Shown: positions 8,060-17,556 of the stretch, in pieces
Position numbering within the stretch: the stretch's first letter is position 1
Layout of the letters: each line of letters begins with the position of its first letter
DNA from: Promethearchaeota archaeon
Lineage (GTDB): Archaea; Asgardarchaeota; Lokiarchaeia; Sigyniarchaeales; SOKP01
DNA length: 32,581 bases
Direction: 5' to 3'
Assembly: GCA_048941015.1 (NCBI GenBank)
Contig: JBHLNZ010000033.1
Coordinates: forward strand, 1 to 32,581
Program-made: the position numbers and the translations under genes
Notes under the pieces: model-generated
The model's input: the letters and a program-made list of their open reading frames with translations, nothing else
What the model was told of the DNA's origin: nothing
Database searches by the model: none

Positions 8060-9208
8060 TTGAATCTAAGAATGTTAGAATATATTGGTTATAATTCCAT
8101 TCAAAAGTTAAAGAAAATTCTTAAAAATAATAATTTCAAAAAGATTTTTTTAGTTACAGGAAGGAAATCATTTGAGCAAGATGAAATCAAGCAAATTATT
8201 CTCAAATTAATAGATGGATATGACTATTATCATTTTAATGATTTTACACCAAATCCAAATATTTTAGATGTAAAAAAAGGATTAGACATTATACATCAGG
8301 AAAATTTTGATGTTATTGTAGCTATAGGAGGGGGTTCTGTAATTGATATGGCTAAATCAATTTCATTATTATCAAAAAATAATGAACCCCCAGAAAAAAT
8401 AATTAAGAAGGAAGTAAAAATAACTAATAGAGGAATTCCGTTAATAAGGATTCCTACAACAGCTGGTTCTGGCAGCGAAGCAACTCACTTTGCCGTAGTT
8501 TATATTGGGAAAACAAAGTACTCCTTGGCTGATAAGGATTTTATGATGCCAGATTTTGTCATAGTTGATCCTCAATTTACGTTAACATTACCAAAGAAGA
8601 TAACAGCAGATACCGGTATGGATGCACTAAGTCAAGCAATAGAATCTTTCTGGAATACCTATTCTACAAAAGAATCTAAAAATTATTCAAAAAAAGCAAT
8701 TGAGTTGATTATATCTAATTTAGTTAAATCAGTGAACCAACCAACAAGAAAATCAAGATATAATATGGCAATAGCAGCTAATTATGCTGGTAAAGCAATC
8801 AATATTACTAAAACAACCGCTTGTCATGCAATATCCTATCCAATAACCTCATATTTCAACATTCCTCATGGGCATGCTGTTGCTTTAACTTTACCTTCCA
8901 TGATTGTTTTTAATTCAGAGGTTAATCAAAACGATGTTTTAGACCCAAGAGGAGTGAAGTTTGTAAAATCTGAGATGAATAAACTAATTTCTATTATTGG
9001 AGTTTCTGAATTTCAAGAAGCTGAAGAAAAGATTATCAATATTATGAAACAGATCAATTTAGAAACTAAGTTAAGTGAATTGGGGATTAATTCATCAGAA
9101 GATATTGATATTATAATTAGAAATGGATTTACCCCAAATCGAGTAAAAAATAATCCCCGATTATTGACAGAACTTCAACTCAGAAAGATTCTGGAGGGAA
9201 TTAAATGA
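8060..9208 (+). CDS. phpC: Phosphonoacetaldehyde reductase (group III iron-containing alcohol dehydrogenase, HEP-forming)
   Basis: Motifs GGGSVIDMAK, IPTTAGSGSEATHFAV, DALSQAIES, TTACHAISYPIT...IPHGHAVA and R.KNNPR. It sits between pepM and ppd. The start is TTG 8060 or ATG 8072. Confidence 0.85.
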   Translation: MNLRMLEYIGYNSIQKLKKILKNNNFKKIFLVTGRKSFEQDEIKQIILKLIDGYDYYHFNDFTPNPNILDVKKGLDIIHQENFDVIVAIGGGSVIDMAKSISLLSKNNEPPEKIIKKEVKITNRGIPLIRIPTTAGSGSEATHFAVVYIGKTKYSLADKDFMMPDFVIVDPQFTLTLPKKITADTGMDALSQAIESFWNTYSTKESKNYSKKAIELIISNLVKSVNQPTRKSRYNMAIAANYAGKAINITKTTACHAISYPITSYFNIPHGHAVALTLPSMIVFNSEVNQNDVLDPRGVKFVKSEMNKLISIIGVSEFQEAEEKIINIMKQINLETKLSELGINSSEDIDIIIRNGFTPNRVKNNPRLLTELQLRKILEGIK

Positions 9209-9921
9209 AAGTTATTATCTTAAATGCGGGAATTGGAAAAAGATTTGGAGATCTAACTAAAAATAAACCAAAATGTCTCATTAAGATAACTAAAAAAGAA
9301 ACCATATTAGATCTTCAATTAAAAACTTTAATTGAGTGTAATTTTATAGATATAGTTATGTTAACTGGTCCTTTTGAAGATATGATAAAGAATCATGTGA
9401 ATGAGAATTACCCGATTTTGAATGTACAATATATACAAAATCCAATTTATAATCAAACAAATTATATATATTCTATTTATCTACTTAAAGATATTATTAA
9501 TGATGCCATAATATTATTACATGGAGATTTAATTTTTACCAAAAAAGTATTGGAACAAATAATTAATTCTGAAGAAAAGAACTGTGTAATTGTAAATAAA
9601 GAAATTTCAATTCCCAGAAAAGATTTTAAAGCATTAATAGTTAATGAAAAAATAATAAGAATAGGAGTCGACATTTTTGAACCTAATAGTGCATTTTTAG
9701 CGCCTTTATACAAATTATCAAAACAATTTTTTAGAACTTGGCTTAATAAAATTGAAAAATTTATAGAGCAGAATAAAGTAAATTGCTATGCTGAAGATGC
9801 TTTAAATGAGATATTATACAAATTAGATTTAAAACCGATTTATATTAACGATATTAATTGCATGGAAATTGATGATTTTAATGATTTAGAGAGAATTAAA
9901 AAATATTTTATTGAAAAGTGA
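9205..9921 (+). CDS. Phosphocholine/phosphonate cytidylyltransferase (LicC/PntC-like)
   Basis: Motifs NAGIGKRFGDLTKNKPKCL, NPIYNQTNYIYS, LHGDLIF, YAEDALN and EIDDFNDL. It has an ATGA overlap with the upstream reductase. Confidence 0.85.
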   Translation: MKVIILNAGIGKRFGDLTKNKPKCLIKITKKETILDLQLKTLIECNFIDIVMLTGPFEDMIKNHVNENYPILNVQYIQNPIYNQTNYIYSIYLLKDIINDAIILLHGDLIFTKKVLEQIINSEEKNCVIVNKEISIPRKDFKALIVNEKIIRIGVDIFEPNSAFLAPLYKLSKQFFRTWLNKIEKFIEQNKVNCYAEDALNEILYKLDLKPIYINDINCMEIDDFNDLERIKKYFIEK

Positions 9922-9948
9922 AAAATTGAATAAATTGAGCTAACTCTT

Positions 9949-11085
9949 ATGATTTTATGTCAAGAATTTTTTGAAATTTTAAAGGAAAAAGGATTTTCTT
10001 TTTTTACTGGAATTCCTGATTCCACTTTTAAGGAATGGATCAAATTTATTATAGATAACGATGGTGGAGTTTTAAAACATATCATAGCATGTAATGAATG
10101 TGAGGCAATTGCTTTAGCTGCTGGCTACCATTTAGCAACTAAAAAAATAGGTGTTGTTTATATGCAAAATTCTGGTCTTGGTAAGACAGTAAACCCCCTT
10201 ACTTCTCTATGTGATCCTGATGTTTATTCTATACCTATTCTTTTAATGATAGGATGGCGTGGAGAGCCTGAGACAAAAGATGCTCCACAACATAAGAAAA
10301 TGGGAAGAATAACCTTATCATTATTAGATACACTTCAAATTCCCTATAGTATAATAGAACAAAATATTGAAAAGATTAGGTTAGAACTTAATAAAGTATT
10401 ACAGTATTTTAAAAATAAAAAAGGGCCTTATGCTTTTATCATACGACCTAACTTATTCCAAAAATATGATGCAAAAGTGAAAAAAGATAATGATTACATT
10501 ATAACAAGAGAAGAAGCAATTAATTTGATAATGGATAATTTAGATGGTAATGAAATTATTGTATCTACTACGGGATATACTTCTAGAGAATTATTTGAAT
10601 ATCGAGAATCAAGAAAAAAGAACCACCATCTAAGTTTTTATAATATTGGATCTATGGGTTGCGCTAGCTCAATTGGTCTTAGTATAGCACTGGAAAAACC
10701 GAATACAAAAGTTATCGTTTTTGATGGGGATGCAGCGGCTATTATGCAAATGGGTGCATTTACTACGATTGGTAAATATAAACCTTCTAATTTTACACAT
10801 ATTATATTTGATAATAGTGCTCATGAATCTACTGGGGGTCAGCCCACAAATTCAAATTCTTCTGACTTATTACAAATTGCACTTTCTTGTAATTATAAAT
10901 TTGGATTATATATTAAAAACATAAGTGAATTGAATAATTCGATTAAATTTATTAAAAAATCAGAAGGTCCTATTATTTTAATCATTAAAATAAAGCAGGG
11001 TTCAAGATCTAATTTGAAGAGACCTGAAAAGGATCCAAAAGATTATAAAGAACTTTTTATGAGTCATCTTACAAGCTTAAAATAA
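9949..11085 (+). CDS. aepY: Phosphonopyruvate decarboxylase (ThDP-dependent)
   Basis: Motifs GIPDS, YMQNSGLG..VNPLTSL, IGWRGEP...DAPQH, STTGYTSRELF, GSMGCASSIGL and the ThDP motif FDGDAA...FDNSAHESTGGQP. Confidence 0.95.
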   Translation: MILCQEFFEILKEKGFSFFTGIPDSTFKEWIKFIIDNDGGVLKHIIACNECEAIALAAGYHLATKKIGVVYMQNSGLGKTVNPLTSLCDPDVYSIPILLMIGWRGEPETKDAPQHKKMGRITLSLLDTLQIPYSIIEQNIEKIRLELNKVLQYFKNKKGPYAFIIRPNLFQKYDAKVKKDNDYIITREEAINLIMDNLDGNEIIVSTTGYTSRELFEYRESRKKNHHLSFYNIGSMGCASSIGLSIALEKPNTKVIVFDGDAAAIMQMGAFTTIGKYKPSNFTHIIFDNSAHESTGGQPTNSNSSDLLQIALSCNYKFGLYIKNISELNNSIKFIKKSEGPIILIIKIKQGSRSNLKRPEKDPKDYKELFMSHLTSLK

Positions 11086-11118
11086 TTATTACTTAACTAA
11101 GTATATGGTTTATTAAAT

Positions 11119-12375
11119 ATGGTTAAAGAGATATTATTTTTATCTTATCATTTCGCACCTTATAGTAAAATCTTAAGTATTAGAGCTGCTGAATTTGCAA
11201 AAAGATTAATTCAATTAGGTTATAAAATTTTTGTTGTTAGGGCTAAAGTTAATAAAAATGCTTTAAAAGATGGGAAACTCTTAGAGAAGGTTGATTCTCC
11301 CTTAATAGAAAATCATCCTGTTTTTAATTTAAGTTTCTCTAAAGAAGGAATACAATCTAATTTAAAGAAGGTCACACCAAATCTGGATATTATTAATTTT
11401 CTTCTATTTTTTCATTGGATCCCTCTTGCTTTTTTGACATGTCGCAAGCTGATAAAAAGAAATAACATTAGGTTAATTTATGCCTCAGCACCCCCTTTTT
11501 TTACCTTATTACTGGGATTTTTATTAAAAAAGATCTATAAAATTCCATTGATTATTGAATATAGAGACCCTTGGTCTTATAATCCATATTTAGAAGAGAC
11601 TGCAAAGACTTTTATTGATAAAACTTATTTAAAAATAGAAAAAAAAATTCTTAAATCAGCTGATTCTATTATTTGTATTAGTGATGGAATGAAACAATTT
11701 TTAATTGAGAAGTTCCCAGATCAATTAAAAAATAAAGATCTTAAAGTGATTCCTCATGGTGTTAATTTTGAAGAGATAAGTCAAATAGCTTTAAAGAAAA
11801 AACTAGAAAATGAGATAATTATTACATTTACAGGCAATTTATATGGATTAAGAAATCTCAAACCTTTAATAAAGATAATTTCTAGCTCTAAAAAATTTGG
11901 AAAATTAGATGGGATTTCACTAAAAATCAAAATTTTTGGCCGATATGATTCCGGTTATCTAGAAAATCTAATCAAAAAATATGATGTTATTGAATATTTT
12001 AATTTACAAGGATTTGTACCACGCGATATGTGTTTTGAAGAAGTATATAATTCTTCATTAGCTCTACATGTAGGAGAAGATCTGAATTATCCTACCTTAA
12101 GTTTTAAAGTTCTCGAATATTTGAGTATGAGAAAAAAAATTATGTATTTAGGAAAAGAAGATTCATACACAGCGAAATTTTTGGAAGAAAATGACATGGG
12201 ATTTACAATCCCTATTAATGATTTTAATGCGGGATTAAATAAGTTTGGACTTTTAATCGAAAAAATTAAGTCAAAACAAATTAGTTTAGAAATTTTACCC
12301 AATAAATTAAAAAGTCTCACTTGGGATAAGAATTCAAACGAATTAGCAGACATTTTTAAAAAATTTTTTAATTAA
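11119..12375 (+). CDS. Glycosyltransferase family 4 (GT-B)
   Basis: Motifs SYHFAP, SAPPF, EYRDPW, IPHGVN, FTGNLYG.R and K..EYL. Confidence 0.85.
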   Translation: MVKEILFLSYHFAPYSKILSIRAAEFAKRLIQLGYKIFVVRAKVNKNALKDGKLLEKVDSPLIENHPVFNLSFSKEGIQSNLKKVTPNLDIINFLLFFHWIPLAFLTCRKLIKRNNIRLIYASAPPFFTLLLGFLLKKIYKIPLIIEYRDPWSYNPYLEETAKTFIDKTYLKIEKKILKSADSIICISDGMKQFLIEKFPDQLKNKDLKVIPHGVNFEEISQIALKKKLENEIIITFTGNLYGLRNLKPLIKIISSSKKFGKLDGISLKIKIFGRYDSGYLENLIKKYDVIEYFNLQGFVPRDMCFEEVYNSSLALHVGEDLNYPTLSFKVLEYLSMRKKIMYLGKEDSYTAKFLEENDMGFTIPINDFNAGLNKFGLLIEKIKSKQISLEILPNKLKSLTWDKNSNELADIFKKFFN

Positions 12376-12413
12376 AAAGAGATATTCAATTATATTGTTA
12401 TCGAAAATATTCT

Positions 12414-14453
12414 ATGATGAATATACATAATTTAATGGTTAAACTTAAAAGGATATCATATTTCAAATTAATTAATTATTATAAGCCATATATTATAAAA
12501 AAAATATATTCGCTTTTTCTAAATAAACGAAAGCTATATTTAATCAATTCATATGTATCAGATAATTTAGTAAAACGTTATTTTGGGAAAGATTTGAATT
12601 TTGAAAAGCTTAGAAGCGCTTTTTTTGATACAGATATATTTAAATATTCAAATACAGATGAAATTACGATTTTATTAGAATATCTTAAAAAAAACAGTCA
12701 AGACGAGTTAGATACATATATTGAGCAAGCAAATAGACTATGTTATAATAAAGTTCCAATTTTTGAAAAAGAATATCATTTTGAAAAAAATTTCGATTGG
12801 TTTTATGGCTTTACAGATGACTTTTATTGGAAGTTCGAAAGATCCGATAAAATCGAGATTAGACCTAAATATAAGGATGAATTTATAGACATAAAATTGG
12901 TTTGGGAATTAAACAGACACCAATTCCTGCAAATTTTAGGTATAGCATATCTAATTACTAAACAAGAAAAATATGCGATAAGATTTAAAGAGATTATTTT
13001 AGATTGGATAAAAAAAAATCCTCCCTTGTATGGTGTAAATTGGATATCTGGGTTAGAAATCTCATTAAGATTGATTTCTTGGATATTAAGTTTATATTTC
13101 TTCAAGGGATCGATTAATATTAATAACAAAAGGTTTTTCGCTAAGATTTTTAAATCTATGTTTCAACACGCTTACTTCCTCAGAAATTTTTATACTAAAC
13201 GTTCATTTAATCATACTATTGGAGATATGTGTGGCGCATATTTATTCTCTAAGATTTTTAATGGAAATTCAAAAATAATAAAATGGCAAAAAAAATTCTC
13301 GCAGGAAATAATTAAAAATATAAAGCTTCAAATCAGGCCTGATGGAGTTAATATAGAACAATCGCTTAATTATCATAAATTTGTTTTAGAATTTTTTTCT
13401 CTTTTTCTTATAATAAGTCCTGAATTAATACATGAGCCAGAAAAAGCACTTATTGCAAAAATGTTTGAATATTTGTTTTATTCCATTAAACCAAATCATA
13501 AATTCCCTCTAATTGGAGATTCTGATGAGGGAAGAGCCTTGTTTCTCAGTAATAAGGGACATAAAGGCTTTTTAGAATTATTAAGTTTAGGATCAGTTTT
13601 ATTTCGTAACAAAGGAATAAAATATCTTACAAATCACCCTGCTATAATTACAGTTTTCTTGTTAGGAATTAAAGGTATTGAGGACTTTAATAAATTAGAA
13701 TCAATTGAATCAAATGTAAATTTTAAATTTTTCGAAAATTCTGGATATTTTATAATTAGAAATAATTGGAAGAAAAATGGAAATTATCTTTTTGTAGATT
13801 TTGGAAGATTTGGTCCACAGAATGCTCCACATTCTCATAGTGACATTACTAATATTATCTTTTCTTATAAGGGTAAGGACATCTTAATTGATTCTGGGAC
13901 TTATTCTTATAATAGATCTTGGGAGGAGAGATCTCATTTTAGAAGTAGTGTTGCTCATAATATTATATCAATTAATCACAACAATCAAGCAAAAATAGAA
14001 GGTTGGTTTAGTTGGGCTAATAAACCAAAGTTAAAGAGGAAAGTAAATAAAATTGAGTCTAATTTTGAGTTATGCTGTATACATAATGGTTATAAAGGTT
14101 TTTTAGTGAAAAGAGTAATTAATACTAATAAAAGTGTAGATGAAATAATAATTACGGATAAGATATTTTATAAAAACGAAGCAAAAGATGAAGAACCCCA
14201 CGATGTTGATTTGTTTTTTCATTTTAACAATGATATTGATCTTAAAATGAATCAAAATACTGTACAGATTGATAATAATTTATTATTAACTATTTCATCT
14301 GATAATGATTTTTCTATGAAAATTAATAAAACATATTTTTCTCCAATATATAGTCAGAAATGTGAAATTAAAGTTCTAAATATTCATTTAAATCATAATT
14401 TTAAATTTAAAAACAGTCTTCAAATAATATCAAAAATCAAGTCTATAGAATAA
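12414..14453 (+). CDS. Heparinase II/III-like (alginate lyase superfamily) protein
   Basis: Motifs KLVWELNRHQ, WIKKNPP..GVNW.SGLE.SLR, NH, DG..IEQSLNYH, IGDSD.G, HSHSD, DSGTYSY and RSS.AHN. No signal peptide is evident. Confidence 0.88.
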   Translation: MMNIHNLMVKLKRISYFKLINYYKPYIIKKIYSLFLNKRKLYLINSYVSDNLVKRYFGKDLNFEKLRSAFFDTDIFKYSNTDEITILLEYLKKNSQDELDTYIEQANRLCYNKVPIFEKEYHFEKNFDWFYGFTDDFYWKFERSDKIEIRPKYKDEFIDIKLVWELNRHQFLQILGIAYLITKQEKYAIRFKEIILDWIKKNPPLYGVNWISGLEISLRLISWILSLYFFKGSININNKRFFAKIFKSMFQHAYFLRNFYTKRSFNHTIGDMCGAYLFSKIFNGNSKIIKWQKKFSQEIIKNIKLQIRPDGVNIEQSLNYHKFVLEFFSLFLIISPELIHEPEKALIAKMFEYLFYSIKPNHKFPLIGDSDEGRALFLSNKGHKGFLELLSLGSVLFRNKGIKYLTNHPAIITVFLLGIKGIEDFNKLESIESNVNFKFFENSGYFIIRNNWKKNGNYLFVDFGRFGPQNAPHSHSDITNIIFSYKGKDILIDSGTYSYNRSWEERSHFRSSVAHNIISINHNNQAKIEGWFSWANKPKLKRKVNKIESNFELCCIHNGYKGFLVKRVINTNKSVDEIIITDKIFYKNEAKDEEPHDVDLFFHFNNDIDLKMNQNTVQIDNNLLLTISSDNDFSMKINKTYFSPIYSQKCEIKVLNIHLNHNFKFKNSLQIISKIKSIE

Positions 14454-14562
14454 TAGATAATTTTAATCAATAAATTTTACTAAAATATATTATTTAATTG
14501 ATATTCTATAAACTATAACTTTTCTCAATTGTTTTCCCAATTATTTTTAAGGTTATGAAAAA

Positions 14563-16743
14563 ATGAAAAAATTGTATATTAATCCAAGAGGTAAAGTTAT
14601 TTTACAAAAAGCAAGAGAACCTCAATTAGAAACAAAAGGTGTAATAGTTGACACTAAATATGCGTTAATTAGCTCTGGAACTGAACTATCTATAATTAAA
14701 TGGAAAAAAACAATGAATTTACCAATATATAAGCAGATTATTAAATCAAAATATCTTAGAAAACGAATAATGTCAGAATTTAAAAAGAATACATTAAGAG
14801 GGTTGTTCAAATTATTTAAAACTTATAAAGAAAGGGGTAGTTTTAAGAATTATGTTAATCCTTCTCATAATCTGACACCAATAGGTTATAGCTGTTCAGG
14901 TGTTGTTAAAGATTCAAACATAAAAGAATTTAAAGTTGGTGAAAAAGTAGCTTGTGGTGGATCTCATCATGCTGAAAGGTTATTTTCATCTAAAAATTTA
15001 ACAGCGAAAATACCTGAAAATGTGAGTTTCGAAGAAGCAGCATTTGCAACTTTGGGAGCGATTGCTTTACATGGTAGTCACCGTGCAGAAATTAACCAAG
15101 GTGAGAATATTGGGATAATTGGAACTGGATTAATTGGATTGATTGTTGTCCAACTAGCTAAAATTTCTGGAGCAAAAGTATTCGCTCTCGATTTAATTAA
15201 TAAGAGATTAAACTTAGCAAAAAAATTGGGAGCAGATATTATTATAAATCCTTATTATCATAACTCCAAACTAATTATTGATAAGTATACCGAAGCAAAA
15301 GGTTTAGATTCTATAATCATTTGCGCATCATCGAAGTCTAATAAACCATTGGAGGATGCTGTTGAATTAATACGTGATAAGGGGAAAATTGTTATGCTTG
15401 GTGCTTTTCCTATAAGTATTGACAGAAATAAAATATATTATAAAGAAACAGATTTATTAATCTCGCGTTCTTATGGACCAGGGCGGTATGATCCATATTA
15501 TGAGCATGAAGGATTCGATTATCCGGAAAGATATGTGCCTTGGACAGAAAAGAGAAATATGGAAATGTTTTTAAACCTAATCTCTGAGGGCAAACTAAAC
15601 GTAAAATCTTTAATTTCTGATATTGTTCCTGCTGAGTTAGCAAATAGCGCATATGAAAAATTAGACTCGGATCAAATAAATAATATAGCAATCTTATTGA
15701 GTTTTAATCAAGAAGAGACTTTACAAATTGATAATTATCATATGAAAGCGAGTGAAGCAGTCCAAAAGAAGTGTATAGTAGGATTAATAGGTTGTGGTTC
15801 TTTTGCACAAGGAACTCATCTTCCAATACTTTTAAGCAATAAGTTTTGTAAAATAAAAGCAATATCGACCAATTCTCAGAAAACTGCGGATTTCTGCCGA
15901 CGCACCTATAATCCAGAGTATACCACTACAAATTATAAAAAAATATTGAAAGATCCCGAAATTGATTTAGTATTTATTTATACGAGACATGATTTACACG
16001 CAAAAATTACAATTGATGCTATTCAAGCAGGGAAAAATGTATTTGTTGAAAAACCTATGGGAATAACTTTAGAAGAATGTCAAAAAGTATACGATATAGT
16101 AAAAAACTCTCAAAAAAATTATCAAATAGGTTTTAATCGAAGATATAGTCCTTTTATTAAAATATGTAAAGATTTGTTGCAAAATCGTCAAAATCCGATA
16201 ATTATTAATTATCGAATATCTAGTCAATTTATTCCAGGAAGTTATTGGGTATTTGATCCTGAAATAGGAGGAGGTCCAATTATTGGAGAAATGTGCCATT
16301 TTGTTGATTTGGTATTATACTTAATGAATTCAAATCCAACTGAGGTGATTGCGTATGGAGGTTATATGAGCCATAAAAACACAGAAGTATATGATAGCTG
16401 TGTAGCCTTAATAGAATTTGAGAATGGAGCTATAGCTAATCTTATATATACCGATTTAAATGGCCCAAATATGCCAAAAGAACGTATTGAAATCTATTCT
16501 GGTGATTCAGCAATAATAATTGATGATTTTAAATTTATGAACACTAGTGGTTTTGATGTTGGAAATTACAAGCTTAATACACAGGATAAAGGTCATAAAA
16601 ATGAGATAGCCAATATAATTTCTCTAAATTTAGGTCTGAAAGATCCGCTGGTAGGAGTAGATGATGCGATGAAAGCAATGGATCTTATATTTAAAATAAT
16701 TGAATCTATTAAAACAAGAAAAGCTATTAAAATAAATAAGTAA
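14563..16743 (+). CDS. Bi-domain oxidoreductase (MDR-type dehydrogenase plus Gfo/Idh/MocA domain)
   Basis: N-domain motifs ISSGTEL, GYSCSG, AFATLGAIALHG, IGTGLIG and SRSYGPGRYDP.YE. C-domain motifs IGCGSFA, VFVEKP, GFNRRYSP and GGG.IIGE.CHFVD. Confidence 0.9.
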   Translation: MKKLYINPRGKVILQKAREPQLETKGVIVDTKYALISSGTELSIIKWKKTMNLPIYKQIIKSKYLRKRIMSEFKKNTLRGLFKLFKTYKERGSFKNYVNPSHNLTPIGYSCSGVVKDSNIKEFKVGEKVACGGSHHAERLFSSKNLTAKIPENVSFEEAAFATLGAIALHGSHRAEINQGENIGIIGTGLIGLIVVQLAKISGAKVFALDLINKRLNLAKKLGADIIINPYYHNSKLIIDKYTEAKGLDSIIICASSKSNKPLEDAVELIRDKGKIVMLGAFPISIDRNKIYYKETDLLISRSYGPGRYDPYYEHEGFDYPERYVPWTEKRNMEMFLNLISEGKLNVKSLISDIVPAELANSAYEKLDSDQINNIAILLSFNQEETLQIDNYHMKASEAVQKKCIVGLIGCGSFAQGTHLPILLSNKFCKIKAISTNSQKTADFCRRTYNPEYTTTNYKKILKDPEIDLVFIYTRHDLHAKITIDAIQAGKNVFVEKPMGITLEECQKVYDIVKNSQKNYQIGFNRRYSPFIKICKDLLQNRQNPIIINYRISSQFIPGSYWVFDPEIGGGPIIGEMCHFVDLVLYLMNSNPTEVIAYGGYMSHKNTEVYDSCVALIEFENGAIANLIYTDLNGPNMPKERIEIYSGDSAIIIDDFKFMNTSGFDVGNYKLNTQDKGHKNEIANIISLNLGLKDPLVGVDDAMKAMDLIFKIIESIKTRKAIKINK

Positions 16744-16772
16744 TAAAAAATGTAAAGAAATATTAAACGCCG

Positions 16773-17552
16773 ATGCTAGAATCTATTGAAATTAAGAATA
16801 AATACGCATTATTTTCTACATTAAGAGATGATGTCATTTTCCAAAGAGATATCATAGATAATTTTATATTTTGTGGTGGGCAGATCAAATCTATTGACCA
16901 AGACGTATATAATTTTAAATTAAATGAGTATGTAGGATATATACTATGTTCTCAGGATCTTATTACAACATTAACTACTAATCAGATTGTAAAAATTCCA
17001 AATAAAGATGATCTAAAAACATTCGCTATTTTACCGTATGCATCATATGGAATGAAAATCCTAAGAATGTTAAATCTTGATTTTAGCAAGAAAATTTTGA
17101 TTATAGGGAAGAATATTTTCACAATTCTCTTAAAAAACCTAATCAAACTATCAGGAGCGAGTGCCTACTTATTCAGTTCAGAAGCGCTCCCTAATGAAAT
17201 TAAAGATATCACATTTGATAATATTATATACGATACATTAACTCCTCAAATTAACAGCTTGATTGCGAATATTAAATATCAAAATAAAATGGAATTGAAT
17301 AAAATTAACCTCTTTGATAAAGGATTGGATGACAGAAATTATCTTATGGGCATAAAATATCCATATGCCTATGTAAGATGGGACTTTAAAAGAAATCTTG
17401 AGTATTTTATTAATTTAGTTGAGACAAAAAAGGTAAACTTGGATTTTTTTAATATAACCGCTATACAGGTTAATAACTTGGCGGAATTACGGTTAAATAT
17501 GAATGATGTAGAAAAAGATTCATTGATATTATATAAAATAATTACTCGATAA
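16773..17552 (+). CDS. Degenerate paralogue of the MDR domain of the upstream bi-domain oxidoreductase
   Basis: Shared blocks: KYALFS/KYALIS, KIPN...FA/KIPE...FA, LIKLSGA/LAKISGA, and YPYAYVRWDFKRNLEYFINLVETKKVN versus YPERYVPWTEKRNMEMFLNLISEGKLN. The Rossmann glycines are lost. Confidence 0.75.
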   Translation: MLESIEIKNKYALFSTLRDDVIFQRDIIDNFIFCGGQIKSIDQDVYNFKLNEYVGYILCSQDLITTLTTNQIVKIPNKDDLKTFAILPYASYGMKILRMLNLDFSKKILIIGKNIFTILLKNLIKLSGASAYLFSSEALPNEIKDITFDNIIYDTLTPQINSLIANIKYQNKMELNKINLFDKGLDDRNYLMGIKYPYAYVRWDFKRNLEYFINLVETKKVNLDFFNITAIQVNNLAELRLNMNDVEKDSLILYKIITR

Positions 17553-17556
17553 GGAT

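Noticed and set aside
6329-11085. Phosphonate antibiotic cluster or 2-aminoethylphosphonate pathway
   Set aside because: There are no NRPS, ATP-grasp, exporter or resistance genes and no PLP transaminase. The context is entirely glycan biosynthesis.
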